A DNA stretch of 32,143 nucleotides from Deltaproteobacteria bacterium RBG_16_54_18 (GCA_001797935.1 MGQT01000058.1:1-32143), one strand, 5' to 3'. Numbered from the stretch's first letter, positions 20,741-29,775 are shown. Notes: generated by a model not told the origin, from the letters alone. Program-made: numbers and translations.

Positions 20741-20957
20741 CGGTTGGGCTTACGTTTTGCACCGGGAACTCCCGGGCGAGGTCCGCGAGGATCGCATCCA
20801 TTTCTACCTGAAAATGCGGGGAGACCATCAACTCGACCAACCCTGCGCGGGGATCAATAGTCCTGACCACCGCCACCCCTTCATACGACTCGATGATGAA
20901 ACTGAGGTAGGCTATTTCCTGGGGGGGTATTTGAATGATCAGGGAGATGGTGTCCAT
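20730..20957 (-). CDS. Small conserved protein, DUF4911-like
   Basis: The 75-aa version is MDTISLIIQIPPQEIAYLSFIIESYEGVAVVRTIDPRAGLVELMVSP...DAILADL. It resembles my recollection of the DUF4911 family (EISFLKFILEAYDG-type motif). The upstream part of the 126-aa ORF runs through AT-rich, structured, non-coding-looking DNA. Confidence 0.55.
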   Translation of the reverse strand: MDTISLIIQIPPQEIAYLSFIIESYEGVAVVRTIDPRAGLVELMVSPHFQVEMDAILADLAREFPVQNVSPTVTN

Positions 20958-21261
20958 GCTATTAGATTTTTGAGCCACTATTCCGTTGACTGCGCTTATA
21001 AACACCCTTAGAGTTATAAAGGGTTCGAGTCCCACCCCGCAATATAAATTTATGGAAGCGGGATGTGTCGCTAGCGACATCCCCTCTATAAAAATATCAG
21101 AACGTGTCACTTTATGACATCCTGCTTTCTTTAGACTTAAAATTTAAGGAGCAGGAGTAGGGGGCCGCTGGCGGCAGATTCCCGGATTTGAGGGTTCAAG
21201 TAAAAGCGTTTATCTTTATTTTCACTAGAACCCGGGAACCCTTGGGCCCTCGACCCCTCGT

Positions 21262-21283
21262 GTCATCCCGTTTACGGGATGAC
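21262..21283. other. Perfect 9-bp stem / 4-nt loop hairpin starting 3 nt beyond the leuC stop
   Basis: GTCATCCCG-TTTA-CGGGATGAC. On the + strand it is followed by ATTTATTTAT. On the - strand (leuC sense) no U-tract follows. Confidence 0.6.
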
Positions 21284-21285
21284 AT

Positions 21286-22554
21286 TTATTTATCCACCAC
21301 TTCCTCGGGGTGGCAGATTGTTCCCTTGATGGCGCTGGCGGCCGCCACCGCCGGGTTGGCGAGATAGACCTGGCTCGTGGGGTGTCCCATGCGCCCCACG
21401 AAGTTACGGTTGGTAGTAGCAATAGCTACCTCGCCCGCCCCTAAGACCCCCATGTGGCCTCCGAGACATGGGCCGCAGGTGGGGGTGCTGACCGCCGCGC
21501 CGGCCTCCACAAAGGCCTCGAGCAGGCCCTCACGCAGGGCCTGGAGGTAGATCTGCTGGGTCGCGGGGATGACGAGGAGACGGCAGTCAGGTGCCACCTT
21601 CTTCCCTTTGATGATATGGGCTGCTATGCGGAGATCCTCCAGCCTCCCGTTAGTGCAGGAGCCGATGACTGCCTGATCTATGGCGATGCCCGATAATGAG
21701 CGCACCCCCGCCACCTTGGCAGGTGACGACGGGCAGGCTACCTGAGGCTCTATCTGAGAACAATCATATTCATGTACCTTGGCATAGCGTGCGTCTTGAT
21801 CGCTCTGATACAGGGTATAACCGGTCTCCATCCTCCCGCGGACGTACGCCTCGGTGATCTCATCCGGCGGGAAGATACCGTTTTTTCCCCCGGCCTCGAT
21901 AGCCATGTTGGCCATGGTGAGCCGCCCGGACATATCGAGGTGACGAATGGTCTCGCCGGTAAACTCCATGGTCTTATACAGGGCACCGTCCACGCCGATC
22001 GCTCCAATGGTATGGAGGATGAGGTCTTTGCCGTTGACCCACGGCAGGAGCTTTCCTGAGAAGACGAATTTGATCTGCTCCGGGACCCGGAGCCATATCT
22101 CGCCGGTTGCCATAGCCGCGGCCAGATCGGTGCTGCCGACACCGGTGGCAAAGGCCCCGAGTGCGCCGTAGGTACAGGTGTGGCTGTCCGCCCCGATGAC
22201 GAGATACCCCGGGCCCACGAGCCCCAGTTCCGGCAGCAGGGCGTGTTCGATCCCCATACGCCCCACCTCAAAATAGTGGGTGAGTTGCTGCTCGCGCGCG
22301 AACGCCCGCATCACGCGGCACTGTTCGGCCGACTGAATGTCTTTATTGGGGGTGAAATGGTCCGGTACCAGGATCACCTTGTTTTTATCAAAAACAGTTG
22401 TGGCCCCTATTTCGCCAAAGGCCTGGATGGCCAAGGGTGCGGTGATATCGTTCCCCAGGGCGATATCCACCCGGGCGTTGATGATCTCACCGGGAACGAC
22501 CTCGGCCATGCCGGAATGGGCTGCCAAGATCTTTTCCGTTATCGTCATCCCCAT
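21286..22554 (-). CDS. leuC: 3-isopropylmalate dehydratase large subunit (archaeal-type, about 420 aa)
   Basis: [13 protein letters not shown]...DHFTPNKD...[23 protein letters not shown]...GSCTNGR...CGPCLG. These are the aconitase-family Fe-S cysteines. The start lies 1 nt after the leuA stop. Confidence 0.93.
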   Translation of the reverse strand: MGMTITEKILAAHSGMAEVVPGEIINARVDIALGNDITAPLAIQAFGEIGATTVFDKNKVILVPDHFTPNKDIQSAEQCRVMRAFAREQQLTHYFEVGRMGIEHALLPELGLVGPGYLVIGADSHTCTYGALGAFATGVGSTDLAAAMATGEIWLRVPEQIKFVFSGKLLPWVNGKDLILHTIGAIGVDGALYKTMEFTGETIRHLDMSGRLTMANMAIEAGGKNGIFPPDEITEAYVRGRMETGYTLYQSDQDARYAKVHEYDCSQIEPQVACPSSPAKVAGVRSLSGIAIDQAVIGSCTNGRLEDLRIAAHIIKGKKVAPDCRLLVIPATQQIYLQALREGLLEAFVEAGAAVSTPTCGPCLGGHMGVLGAGEVAIATTNRNFVGRMGHPTSQVYLANPAVAAASAIKGTICHPEEVVDK

Positions 22555-22555
22555 C

Positions 22556-24082
22556 TTACAGCCCTTCCCTATCCTTTTTTCGATACTCCAGCTTGTTCAA
22601 GGCATTGATATATGCCTTGGCACTGGCCACAATCACGTCCGTGTCAGCCCCTTGGCCGATCGCGGTCCGTCCTTTTTCCTCCAGCCGCACAGTCACCTCT
22701 CCCTGCGCCTCGGTGCCGCCGGTAATCGCGTTGATGGCGAACTGGAGAAGCTTAGACCGCGTGCGCGTGATCTTCTTGATCGTCTTAAAAGCGGCATCCA
22801 CCGGCCCGTCGCCAAAACCGGCCTCCTGGATGACCTGCCCATCTACCTCCATTTTGACGGTGGCCGTAGGAACGGTCATGTTCCCCGCCATGACATTGAT
22901 ATAGATAAGTTTAAATCGGTGAGGCATGCGGTTGATTTCCTCGGTCACGATCGACTCGATATCTTCATCATAGATCTCGCGCTTTTTATCCGCCAGTTCT
23001 TTAAACCGCGTGAAGGCCAGTTCGAAATCCTTTTCGGCGAGACGAAACCCCAATTCCTTTAACCTTTCTTTAAAGGCGTGCCTGCCGGAGAGCTTCCCCA
23101 GCACCAGGGAGGATTTGGGGATTCCCACGGATTCAGGGGTCATGATTTCATACGTCAGTTTTTTCTTCAGGACGCCATCCTGGTGGATTCCCGATTCATG
23201 GGCAAAGGCATTGGTTCCCACAATGGCCTTGTTGGGCTGTACGACCATCCCCGTGATCTTCGAGACGAGGCGGCTGGTGGCAAAGATATGTTTGGGAACA
23301 ATCCGGGTAGCGAACGGGAGCAGATCCTTCCGTGTATGAATAGCCATGACCACCTCTTCGAGCGAGGTGTTCCCCGCCCGCTCGCCGATGCCGTTGATCG
23401 TGCACTCGACCTGCCTGACACCATTTTGGATCGCCGCGAGGGAGTTGGCAACTGCCAGGCCAAGATCATTGTGGCAGTGGACGCTCAGAATGACCTTGTC
23501 GATCCCCTGGACTGTTTCGCGGAGGGTGCGAATCAACGCCCCAAACTCCGAGGGAATGGCATAGCCCACGGTATCGGGGATATTGATGGTGGTCGCCCCT
23601 GCTCGTATCGCCGCCTCTATCACGGCTGCAAGGAATGTGATCTCACTACGGGTGGCGTCCATGGCGGAAAATTCAACATTCGGGGTATGCTTCTTGGCCC
23701 GCGCGACAGACTGCGCGGCAATTCGCAGGACTTCCTCTTTTGTTTTTTTCAGCTGGTATTTGAGATGGATATCCGAGGTCGAGATAAAGGTATGGAGCCG
23801 AGGGTGCGAGGCCCCCTTGATGGCCTCCCAGGCCCGATCGATATCCTGATTATTAGCCCTGGCCAGGCCGGCTACCTGTGCATGGGTGACTGCCTCGGCA
23901 ATCGCACGGACCGCATCAAAGTCCCCCTGGGATGAAATCGGGAAGCCCGCCTCGATGACATCGACGCCCAGCTTGTCCAGCTGCTGGGCGATCCGCACCT
24001 TCTCCGCTACATTCATCGTTGCGCCGGGTGACTGCTCACCATCACGCAGCGTGGTGTCGAAGATAACGATCTTGTCTGCCAT
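22556..24082 (-). CDS. leuA: 2-isopropylmalate synthase
   Basis: 508 aa. [15 protein letters not shown]...[16 protein letters not shown]...[10 protein letters not shown], plus a C-terminal LeuA dimerisation/regulatory domain. GAGAGGAGG RBS upstream. Confidence 0.96.
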   Translation of the reverse strand: MADKIVIFDTTLRDGEQSPGATMNVAEKVRIAQQLDKLGVDVIEAGFPISSQGDFDAVRAIAEAVTHAQVAGLARANNQDIDRAWEAIKGASHPRLHTFISTSDIHLKYQLKKTKEEVLRIAAQSVARAKKHTPNVEFSAMDATRSEITFLAAVIEAAIRAGATTINIPDTVGYAIPSEFGALIRTLRETVQGIDKVILSVHCHNDLGLAVANSLAAIQNGVRQVECTINGIGERAGNTSLEEVVMAIHTRKDLLPFATRIVPKHIFATSRLVSKITGMVVQPNKAIVGTNAFAHESGIHQDGVLKKKLTYEIMTPESVGIPKSSLVLGKLSGRHAFKERLKELGFRLAEKDFELAFTRFKELADKKREIYDEDIESIVTEEINRMPHRFKLIYINVMAGNMTVPTATVKMEVDGQVIQEAGFGDGPVDAAFKTIKKITRTRSKLLQFAINAITGGTEAQGEVTVRLEEKGRTAIGQGADTDVIVASAKAYINALNKLEYRKKDREGL

Positions 24083-24170
24083 GTAAACCTCCTCTCTCCA
24101 TTGTAGAAAAATATGAAGATCAACGCAAGAGGTTCTTTGCTCGGTTAGGTGGCGTGGAGAACGTAATTCG

Positions 24171-25409
24171 TTACATTCTTTTTTTGGATTGCAGCGGTCC
24201 CTTTTTTACGCGATACTTCTTTGAACGCCGTTCCCCTTTCTCGGCGATGACGGCGGGCGTGCCTCTTTCCCCCTTTTCCTGACCCTTAAGAAAGGGAGTT
24301 GCCTGACGGATGATCTGTGTCTTGGCGTACGTCTGTATCTCCCGCAGCTTTTCCATTTCCCAGGAAAGGACGAGACTCACGGCGCGTCCGCTTTTCCCCA
24401 TCCGTGCCGTCCTCCCGATCCGGTGGACGTAATACTGTTCATCCTGGGGTAGGTCGTAATTGATGACCGCTTCGACACCGTCCACGTCAAGGCCGCGCGC
24501 GGCCACGTCCGTCGCCACGAGTATCCTCGATTGTCCCTGGCGGAACTTCAGCATGGCACGGTCTCGACGAGACTGTTTCATGTCGCCGTGTAAACCGTCG
24601 GTATCATAGCCCCTGGACTGTAAGGCCTTGACGATCTTATCCACCCCTCTCTTGGTATTACAAAAGACGAGCGATGAAGCCGAATTGTATCTATCGGTCA
24701 GCCAGCACAGCATATCGAGCTTCATCCATGACTTTACCTCGAAGTACGTCTGTTCCACCTGCGGGACAGTCAGCTGCCTGCCGGCCACATTAACGACATG
24801 CGCATCTTTCTGAAATTTCCGCGTGAGGTCCATGATTGCGCCGTGCATGGTTGCCGAAAAAAGGAGTGTCTGCCGGTCTTCCGGCATGGCCCACAGGATC
24901 GTCTTCATGTCGTCCACGAAGCCCATATCAAGCATCTTGTCCGCCTCATCGAGTACCACCATGCTGATGGCATCGAAGCGCAACGTGCCGCGGCTCATAT
25001 GGTCCATGATGCGGCCCGGCGTCCCGACAACGATGCGCGCCCCTCGCTTGAGGCTGTTGAGTTGTTTTTGTATGGGCTGTCCCCCGTAGACCGGGACGAT
25101 ATGCACATCTCTCCGGTATTTAGCGAGCCGCTTTAACTCCTCGGCAACCTGCACGGCAAGTTCCCTGGTCGGGCAGAGGACAATGGCTTCCAGGTTCCTT
25201 CCCTGTTGCGCGAGCTGCTCAAGAATGGGGATGCCGAAGGCAAGGGTCTTGCCGGTGCCTGTCTGTGCCTGTCCGATGATATCCTTGCCGGCAAGGATAA
25301 GCGGGATAGACCGTGATTGGATCGGGGTGAGGTCCTTAAACCCCATGTCCGCGACCGCCCTTTGTAGTTCTGTTGATAATGCCAAATCGTCAAATCTTTT
25401 GTTTTGCAT
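24171..25409 (-). CDS. DEAD-box ATP-dependent RNA helicase
   Basis: Q-motif region GFKDLTPIQ, motif I AQTGTGKT, DEAD (VLDEADKM), SAT, and motif VI HRIGRTAR. It ends in a basic C-terminal tail. Confidence 0.94.
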   Translation of the reverse strand: MQNKRFDDLALSTELQRAVADMGFKDLTPIQSRSIPLILAGKDIIGQAQTGTGKTLAFGIPILEQLAQQGRNLEAIVLCPTRELAVQVAEELKRLAKYRRDVHIVPVYGGQPIQKQLNSLKRGARIVVGTPGRIMDHMSRGTLRFDAISMVVLDEADKMLDMGFVDDMKTILWAMPEDRQTLLFSATMHGAIMDLTRKFQKDAHVVNVAGRQLTVPQVEQTYFEVKSWMKLDMLCWLTDRYNSASSLVFCNTKRGVDKIVKALQSRGYDTDGLHGDMKQSRRDRAMLKFRQGQSRILVATDVAARGLDVDGVEAVINYDLPQDEQYYVHRIGRTARMGKSGRAVSLVLSWEMEKLREIQTYAKTQIIRQATPFLKGQEKGERGTPAVIAEKGERRSKKYRVKKGPLQSKKRM

Positions 25410-25519
25410 AGTACTCCTTATTGGTTTTGATAGTTTTTGGCCGTTCCGTCCTCATCGGCGATCGGCCATTTCCATGCGGTTGGAGATAACGGGAAGGCAG
25501 AGAGGTGGTAATTGGCTTG

Positions 25520-25525
25520 ATTATA
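25520..25525 (-). promoter_or_regulatory. Perfect TATAAT -10 box upstream of the helicase gene (- strand)
   Basis: The - strand reads ...gctagTATAATcaag. It implies a 5' UTR of about 100 nt. No convincing -35 sits at 17 bp. Confidence 0.3.
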
Positions 25526-25689
25526 CTAGCACAGAATTTTGTAAAATAATAGGGCAAAATCGCTTTTTTTAGCCGAGACGATCAAGGGACTGGTTATGCC
25601 CTTTGGGGGATGTTCTGCTATCTGTGCGATCGTGTATGCCGCGCGCGTGCGGCACGTATCATGAGTCAAGTGCTCATCCTTTTTTGGCC

Positions 25690-25717
25690 TTGACAAAAGA
25701 AAAGAGATATATATACT
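25690..25717 (+). promoter_or_regulatory. Sigma-70 promoter candidate for the yceD-rpmF-plsX operon
   Basis: TTGACA, a 16-nt spacer, then TATACT, about 70 nt upstream of the yceD ATG. Confidence 0.5.
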
Positions 25718-25791
25718 TAGTTGTTCAAATTTAATGGTCATTCAACGCTTGCCAACGGAAGCATTAACAGACGGGAGTTCTCACTAATCAG

Positions 25792-26331
25792 ATGAAAGTT
25801 AGATGGGAAGACATACCTCCTGAAGGGAGAGCAATATCGCTGGATCAACTGTCCCCTCTGAGCCTTGCGACTCCCGACGGAGAAATGGTTGAGGGACCGC
25901 GGTCGGCTTCGGCAATTGAGGGGACCCTACTCCTCCAGCGTACCCGCAAGGGTATCGAGGTGAAGGGCACCATCCGCACGGCGGTTGTACTCCCCTGCGC
26001 GCGCTGCCTCAAGGAGTTTACCCTCCCGATCGCATCGGAATGCGAGGAATCTTTTCTGCTCCCCAAATATGCGCCGGCCGAGGAAGATACTGAGCTTGCG
26101 AACGACGATATGGACGTCAGTTTTTTGTCGGAGGAGGGGATTGATCTTGAGGATATCGTCGCGGAGCAAATATGGCTCAGCATCCCGATCAAACCCCTGT
26201 GTGACGAGCAATGCAAGGGATTGTGCAGCGTCTGCGGGGGGGAACTTAATCGTGGTGAATGTGGGTGTGATCGCCAGTATACGGACCACCGCTTTGCAGC
26301 GTTAAAGACACTCAGGCTGAACGTACCGTGA
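25792..26331 (+). CDS. yceD: DUF177 / YceD-family protein (large ribosomal RNA subunit accumulation protein)
   Basis: 179 aa. It has the cysteine pairs CARCL and CSVCGGELNRGECGC and an acidic middle region. It holds the conserved position immediately upstream of rpmF. Confidence 0.88.
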   Translation: MKVRWEDIPPEGRAISLDQLSPLSLATPDGEMVEGPRSASAIEGTLLLQRTRKGIEVKGTIRTAVVLPCARCLKEFTLPIASECEESFLLPKYAPAEEDTELANDDMDVSFLSEEGIDLEDIVAEQIWLSIPIKPLCDEQCKGLCSVCGGELNRGECGCDRQYTDHRFAALKTLRLNVP

Positions 26332-26353
26332 TTCTATTTAAGAGGAGAAGATA

Positions 26354-26536
26354 ATGCCCCTTCCGAAGAAGCGAACATCTAAGGCGAGGCGGGATAAGAG
26401 AAGAAGTCATCACCATTTGACCTCCGTTAACGTTTCAATCTGCCCGCAGTGTCATGAGCCCAAGCTTCCGCACCGCGTCTGTCCCCATTGCGGGGTATAT
26501 AAAGGCAAGGAGATCCTCGAGGTAGCAGAAGGATAA
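26354..26536 (+). CDS. rpmF: 50S ribosomal protein L32
   Basis: 60 aa. MPLPKKRTSKARRDKRRSHHHL...CPQCHEPKLPHRVCPHCGVYKG. Confidence 0.96.
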   Translation: MPLPKKRTSKARRDKRRSHHHLTSVNVSICPQCHEPKLPHRVCPHCGVYKGKEILEVAEG

Positions 26537-26574
26537 CGCAGTTTCTTGAGCGATAACAGAGAAGGATGCAGGCC

Positions 26575-27642
26575 ATGAAGGTTGCAATAGATGCTATGGG
26601 TGGCGATCATGCCCCTGAGGCGATTGTCGAAGGAGGGGTGCTGGCGGCCGAGAAACTTGACGTGGACGAGATAATCCTCGTTGGGGATCAGGCGTTGATC
26701 GAGAGAGAGCTGGCCAAGTACCAACGGCGAAACGGGGCAGTAGTGTCCATCGTCCATACACCACAAGTGGTGGAGATGCACGAATCGCCGTCGCGGGTCC
26801 TGCGCACGAAACGCAACTCATCGATGAGTGTGGCCATGGACCTCATGAAGGAGGGCAAGTGCGATGCCGTGATTACAGCCGGCAATTCCGGGGCGGCCAT
26901 GGCTATCGGTATGATGAAACTAAGAAAACTGGAGGGGGTGGAACGCCCGGCCCTGGCCAGCGTTCATCCGACCCGCAGCGGGACTTCAGTAATCATTGAT
27001 GCCGGCGGCAATGTGGATTGCAAGCCCATCCACTTGATACAATTTGCCATCATGGGAGAGATTTACGCCCGGGTGGTCTTGGGAAAGCACCGTCCCCGCG
27101 TTGGTCTTTTGAGCAACGGGACGGAGGACAGCAAGGGGAATGAGCTGACTAAACAGGTGCACGCCACGCTCAAAGAGAGCCGGTTACACTATATCGGCAA
27201 TGTCGAAGGGGGGGATATCTCCAGTGGTAAGATTGATGTCATTGTGTGCGATGGCTTTGCGGGCAATGTGGCGCTCAAGACCAGTGAGGGGATTGCAGAC
27301 TCCCTTATCGCCATGTTAAAGGCGGAGATCCACAAGAGCCTCTGGGCGAAGATCGGGTATTTCTTTATGAAAAAGGCCCAGGAGAACGTCAAACGTCGTA
27401 TCGATTACGAAGAATATGGAGGCGTTCCCTTGTTGGGGGTCAACGGGGCCTGCTTTATCTGTCATGGGCACTCTTCCTCCAAGGCCATCAAGAACGCCGT
27501 CCGCGTTGCCTGTGAATATGTGCGCCGGGATATCAACCGGCTCGTGACCGAGGCCATGGGCGAGAGTCACGATCTCAAGCGCTTTAGCATGGAGCGGGCT
27601 TCACGCATGTGGTCGCAATTTAAAAAGCGGGTTCGGCATTAA
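26575..27642 (+). CDS. plsX: Phosphate:acyl-ACP acyltransferase PlsX
   Basis: MKVAIDAMGGDHAP...AGNSGA...CDGFAGNVALKTSEG. ATG 26575 has GAAGGA 8 nt upstream. The in-frame ATG 26566 has no spacing for an RBS. Confidence 0.94.
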   Translation: MKVAIDAMGGDHAPEAIVEGGVLAAEKLDVDEIILVGDQALIERELAKYQRRNGAVVSIVHTPQVVEMHESPSRVLRTKRNSSMSVAMDLMKEGKCDAVITAGNSGAAMAIGMMKLRKLEGVERPALASVHPTRSGTSVIIDAGGNVDCKPIHLIQFAIMGEIYARVVLGKHRPRVGLLSNGTEDSKGNELTKQVHATLKESRLHYIGNVEGGDISSGKIDVIVCDGFAGNVALKTSEGIADSLIAMLKAEIHKSLWAKIGYFFMKKAQENVKRRIDYEEYGGVPLLGVNGACFICHGHSSSKAIKNAVRVACEYVRRDINRLVTEAMGESHDLKRFSMERASRMWSQFKKRVRH

Positions 27643-27663
27643 ACGAGAGGTGGGGGTGCAGCA

Positions 27664-28827
27664 GTGGACTATTTCCTGACTGAAGAACAGCGGATGCTCA
27701 AGGATCTGGCGGCGAAGATAGCCGTGGAAAAAGTCATGCCGGTCAGGGCGGCGTTGGATGAAAAAGAGGAGTTTCCCTGGGAGATCATGCACGTCTGCGC
27801 CGAGGCCGGGCTCTTTGGGGTCAGTCTCCCCGCGGAGTACGGCGGTTTCGGGGGTGGGGTCTTTGAAAACTGTCTCGTGGTGGAGGAGCTGAGCAAGGCG
27901 TGTATCGGCGTCTCGGTCAGTTTTGCCGGCAGCGGATTAGGATCATACCCGATTATGCTGCACGGCACCGAGGAACAAAAACAAAAATATCTCCCCGACG
28001 TGGCCAGCGGCAAGCGGTTGGCCGCCTTTGCCGCCACGGAGGCCAACGCGGGGAGCGATGTGGCCGGCATGCTAACGACGGCGACCAAGGACGGCGACGG
28101 GTATATCCTCAACGGGACCAAACAGTGGATAACCAACGGCGGTGAGGCGGAGATCTATTCCGTCTTTGCCGTCACGGACAAGCGGCGGGGGCCGCGCGGG
28201 ATCAGCGGTTTTATCGTCGAAAAAGGGACCAAGGGCTTTTCCTTCGGCAAGAAGGAGCAAAAACTGGGAATCCGGGCCTCGGCCACGAGAGAGTTGGTCT
28301 TTGAAAACTGCTGGGTCCCCAAGGAAAATCTCATCGGCGGCCGGGAGGGTATCGGCCTCATTATTATCCTGAGAACCTTTGATATGTCCCGCCCGGGGAT
28401 CGGAGCCCAGGCCGTGGGGCTTGCCCAGGGGGCCTTTGAGACGGCGGGTCGCTATGCCCGGGAGCGGGTTCAGTTCGGCCAGCGAATCATCTCTTTTCAG
28501 GCCGTCCAGCACATCTTGGCCGACATGGCCGCGCACCTCGAGGCATCGCGCGCCCTGGTCTATGCGGTGGCCCGGTACATCGACAGCGATCCCAGGTCCT
28601 ACAGCAAGGAATCGGCCATGGCCAAGCTCTTCCCGAGCGATATGGCCATGAAGGTGACGGTTGATGCCGTGCAGGTCCTCGGGGGGTACGGGTATATGCG
28701 GGATTTCCCGGTGGAGAAGATGATGCGGGATGCCAAGATCCTCCAGATCTATGAGGGGACCAATCAGATTCAGCGCAACAACATCGCCCTGGAACTGATC
28801 AAAGAGTTCGCGAGCAAGAGAGGCTGA
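27664..28827 (+). CDS. Acyl-CoA dehydrogenase family flavoprotein (short/medium-chain type)
   Basis: 387 aa. LTEEQRMLKD...AAFAATEANAGSDVAG...GTKQWITNGG...YGYMRDFPVEKMMRDAKILQIYEGTNQIQR, with the catalytic Glu in the IYEGT motif. GTG start with GAGGTGGGGG upstream. Confidence 0.9.
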   Translation: MDYFLTEEQRMLKDLAAKIAVEKVMPVRAALDEKEEFPWEIMHVCAEAGLFGVSLPAEYGGFGGGVFENCLVVEELSKACIGVSVSFAGSGLGSYPIMLHGTEEQKQKYLPDVASGKRLAAFAATEANAGSDVAGMLTTATKDGDGYILNGTKQWITNGGEAEIYSVFAVTDKRRGPRGISGFIVEKGTKGFSFGKKEQKLGIRASATRELVFENCWVPKENLIGGREGIGLIIILRTFDMSRPGIGAQAVGLAQGAFETAGRYARERVQFGQRIISFQAVQHILADMAAHLEASRALVYAVARYIDSDPRSYSKESAMAKLFPSDMAMKVTVDAVQVLGGYGYMRDFPVEKMMRDAKILQIYEGTNQIQRNNIALELIKEFASKRG

Positions 28828-28830
28828 TTG

Positions 28831-29775
28831 ATGGCCAAGACCGCCTTTATCTTTCCGGGACAGGGTTCTCAATACGTGGGAATGGGGAAGGAGCTCGCCG
28901 AGCGTTTTCCCGTTGCCCGGGCTACCTTTGCCGAGGCCAACGATGCCCTGGGGTTCGATCTGCAAGCCCTCTGCTACAACGGTCCAGAGGAGCAATTAAA
29001 GCTGACAATCAATACCCAGCCCTGCATCCTGACCGTGAGTATCGCTGCTTTGAGAGTCTTGCAGGCGGAAGTAGGGTGGAAGGCCGATTACCTTGCCGGC
29101 CACAGCCTGGGGGAGTTCAGTGCCCTGGTGGCGGCCGATGCGATGAGTTTCCCCGACGCCGTCCGGATGGTGCGGTTGCGGGGGGGCTTTATGCAGGAGG
29201 CGGTGCCGGTGGGGGTAGGGGGGATGGCAGCAGTCTTGGGCATGGAGCGCGCGCAGGTAGAGGCGCTCTGTCAGCAAGCGGCACAGGGGCAGGTTCTGAC
29301 CCCGGCCAATTTTAATTCCCCCGGACAGATCGTGATCTCCGGCCACATGGAGGCCCTGAGCCGGGCGATCGCCCTGGCGCCGGAAATGGGGGCCAAGAAG
29401 GCCATTCCCCTGCAGGTGAGCGCCCCCTTTCATTCACCCCTCATGGAGACCGCCGGTAAGAAGTTGGGGGCTGAATTGGCAAAGATTCAGATCAATGACG
29501 TGCAGATCCCGGTGGTAACCAATGTGGAGGCACAACCGAATACCGCGAAGGATCGTGTGCGCGATCTCCTGGTACGGCAGATGAGCAGCCCGGTACAGTG
29601 GGAGGATTCGATGAAACGGTTGATCACATTGGGTGTCGAGCGGTTTGTAGAGCTCGGACCCGGCACCGTGTTGCTGGGCTTGCTGCGCCGCATCGACGGG
29701 GCGCAAGGGATGTTTCACCTCGAGGATCACGCAAGTCTAGCGCAGATAAAAAATGCGCAAATAAAAGGAGCTTGA
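28831..29775 (+). CDS. fabD: Malonyl-CoA:ACP transacylase
   Basis: FIFPGQGSQYVGMG...GHSLGEFSALV (active-site Ser)...SAPFHSPLM. The start context is TGA-TTG-ATG, directly abutting the preceding stop. Confidence 0.95.
   Translation: MAKTAFIFPGQGSQYVGMGKELAERFPVARATFAEANDALGFDLQALCYNGPEEQLKLTINTQPCILTVSIAALRVLQAEVGWKADYLAGHSLGEFSALVAADAMSFPDAVRMVRLRGGFMQEAVPVGVGGMAAVLGMERAQVEALCQQAAQGQVLTPANFNSPGQIVISGHMEALSRAIALAPEMGAKKAIPLQVSAPFHSPLMETAGKKLGAELAKIQINDVQIPVVTNVEAQPNTAKDRVRDLLVRQMSSPVQWEDSMKRLITLGVERFVELGPGTVLLGLLRRIDGAQGMFHLEDHASLAQIKNAQIKGA

Noticed and set aside
20960-21045. An intact tRNA gene ending at the GGTTCGAGTCC T-loop.
   Set aside because: Only 3 bp of T-stem can pair. I could find no 5' acceptor strand complementary to CCCGCAA or ACCCCGC, and no D or anticodon arm in the upstream 75 nt. 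It is kept only as a fragment-like finding.
20958-21110. The full 126-aa version of the DUF4911-like ORF.
   Set aside because: The N-terminal 51 codons run through the tRNA-like fragment, the 14-bp palindrome and AT-rich sequence, and have no family-like residues. The 75-aa version matches the family size I recall. This is not excluded.
25526-25741. 71-aa ORF on the - strand in the helicase/yceD spacer.
   Set aside because: It spans the yceD promoter and the hairpin region, has no RBS, and its sequence is unrecognisable.
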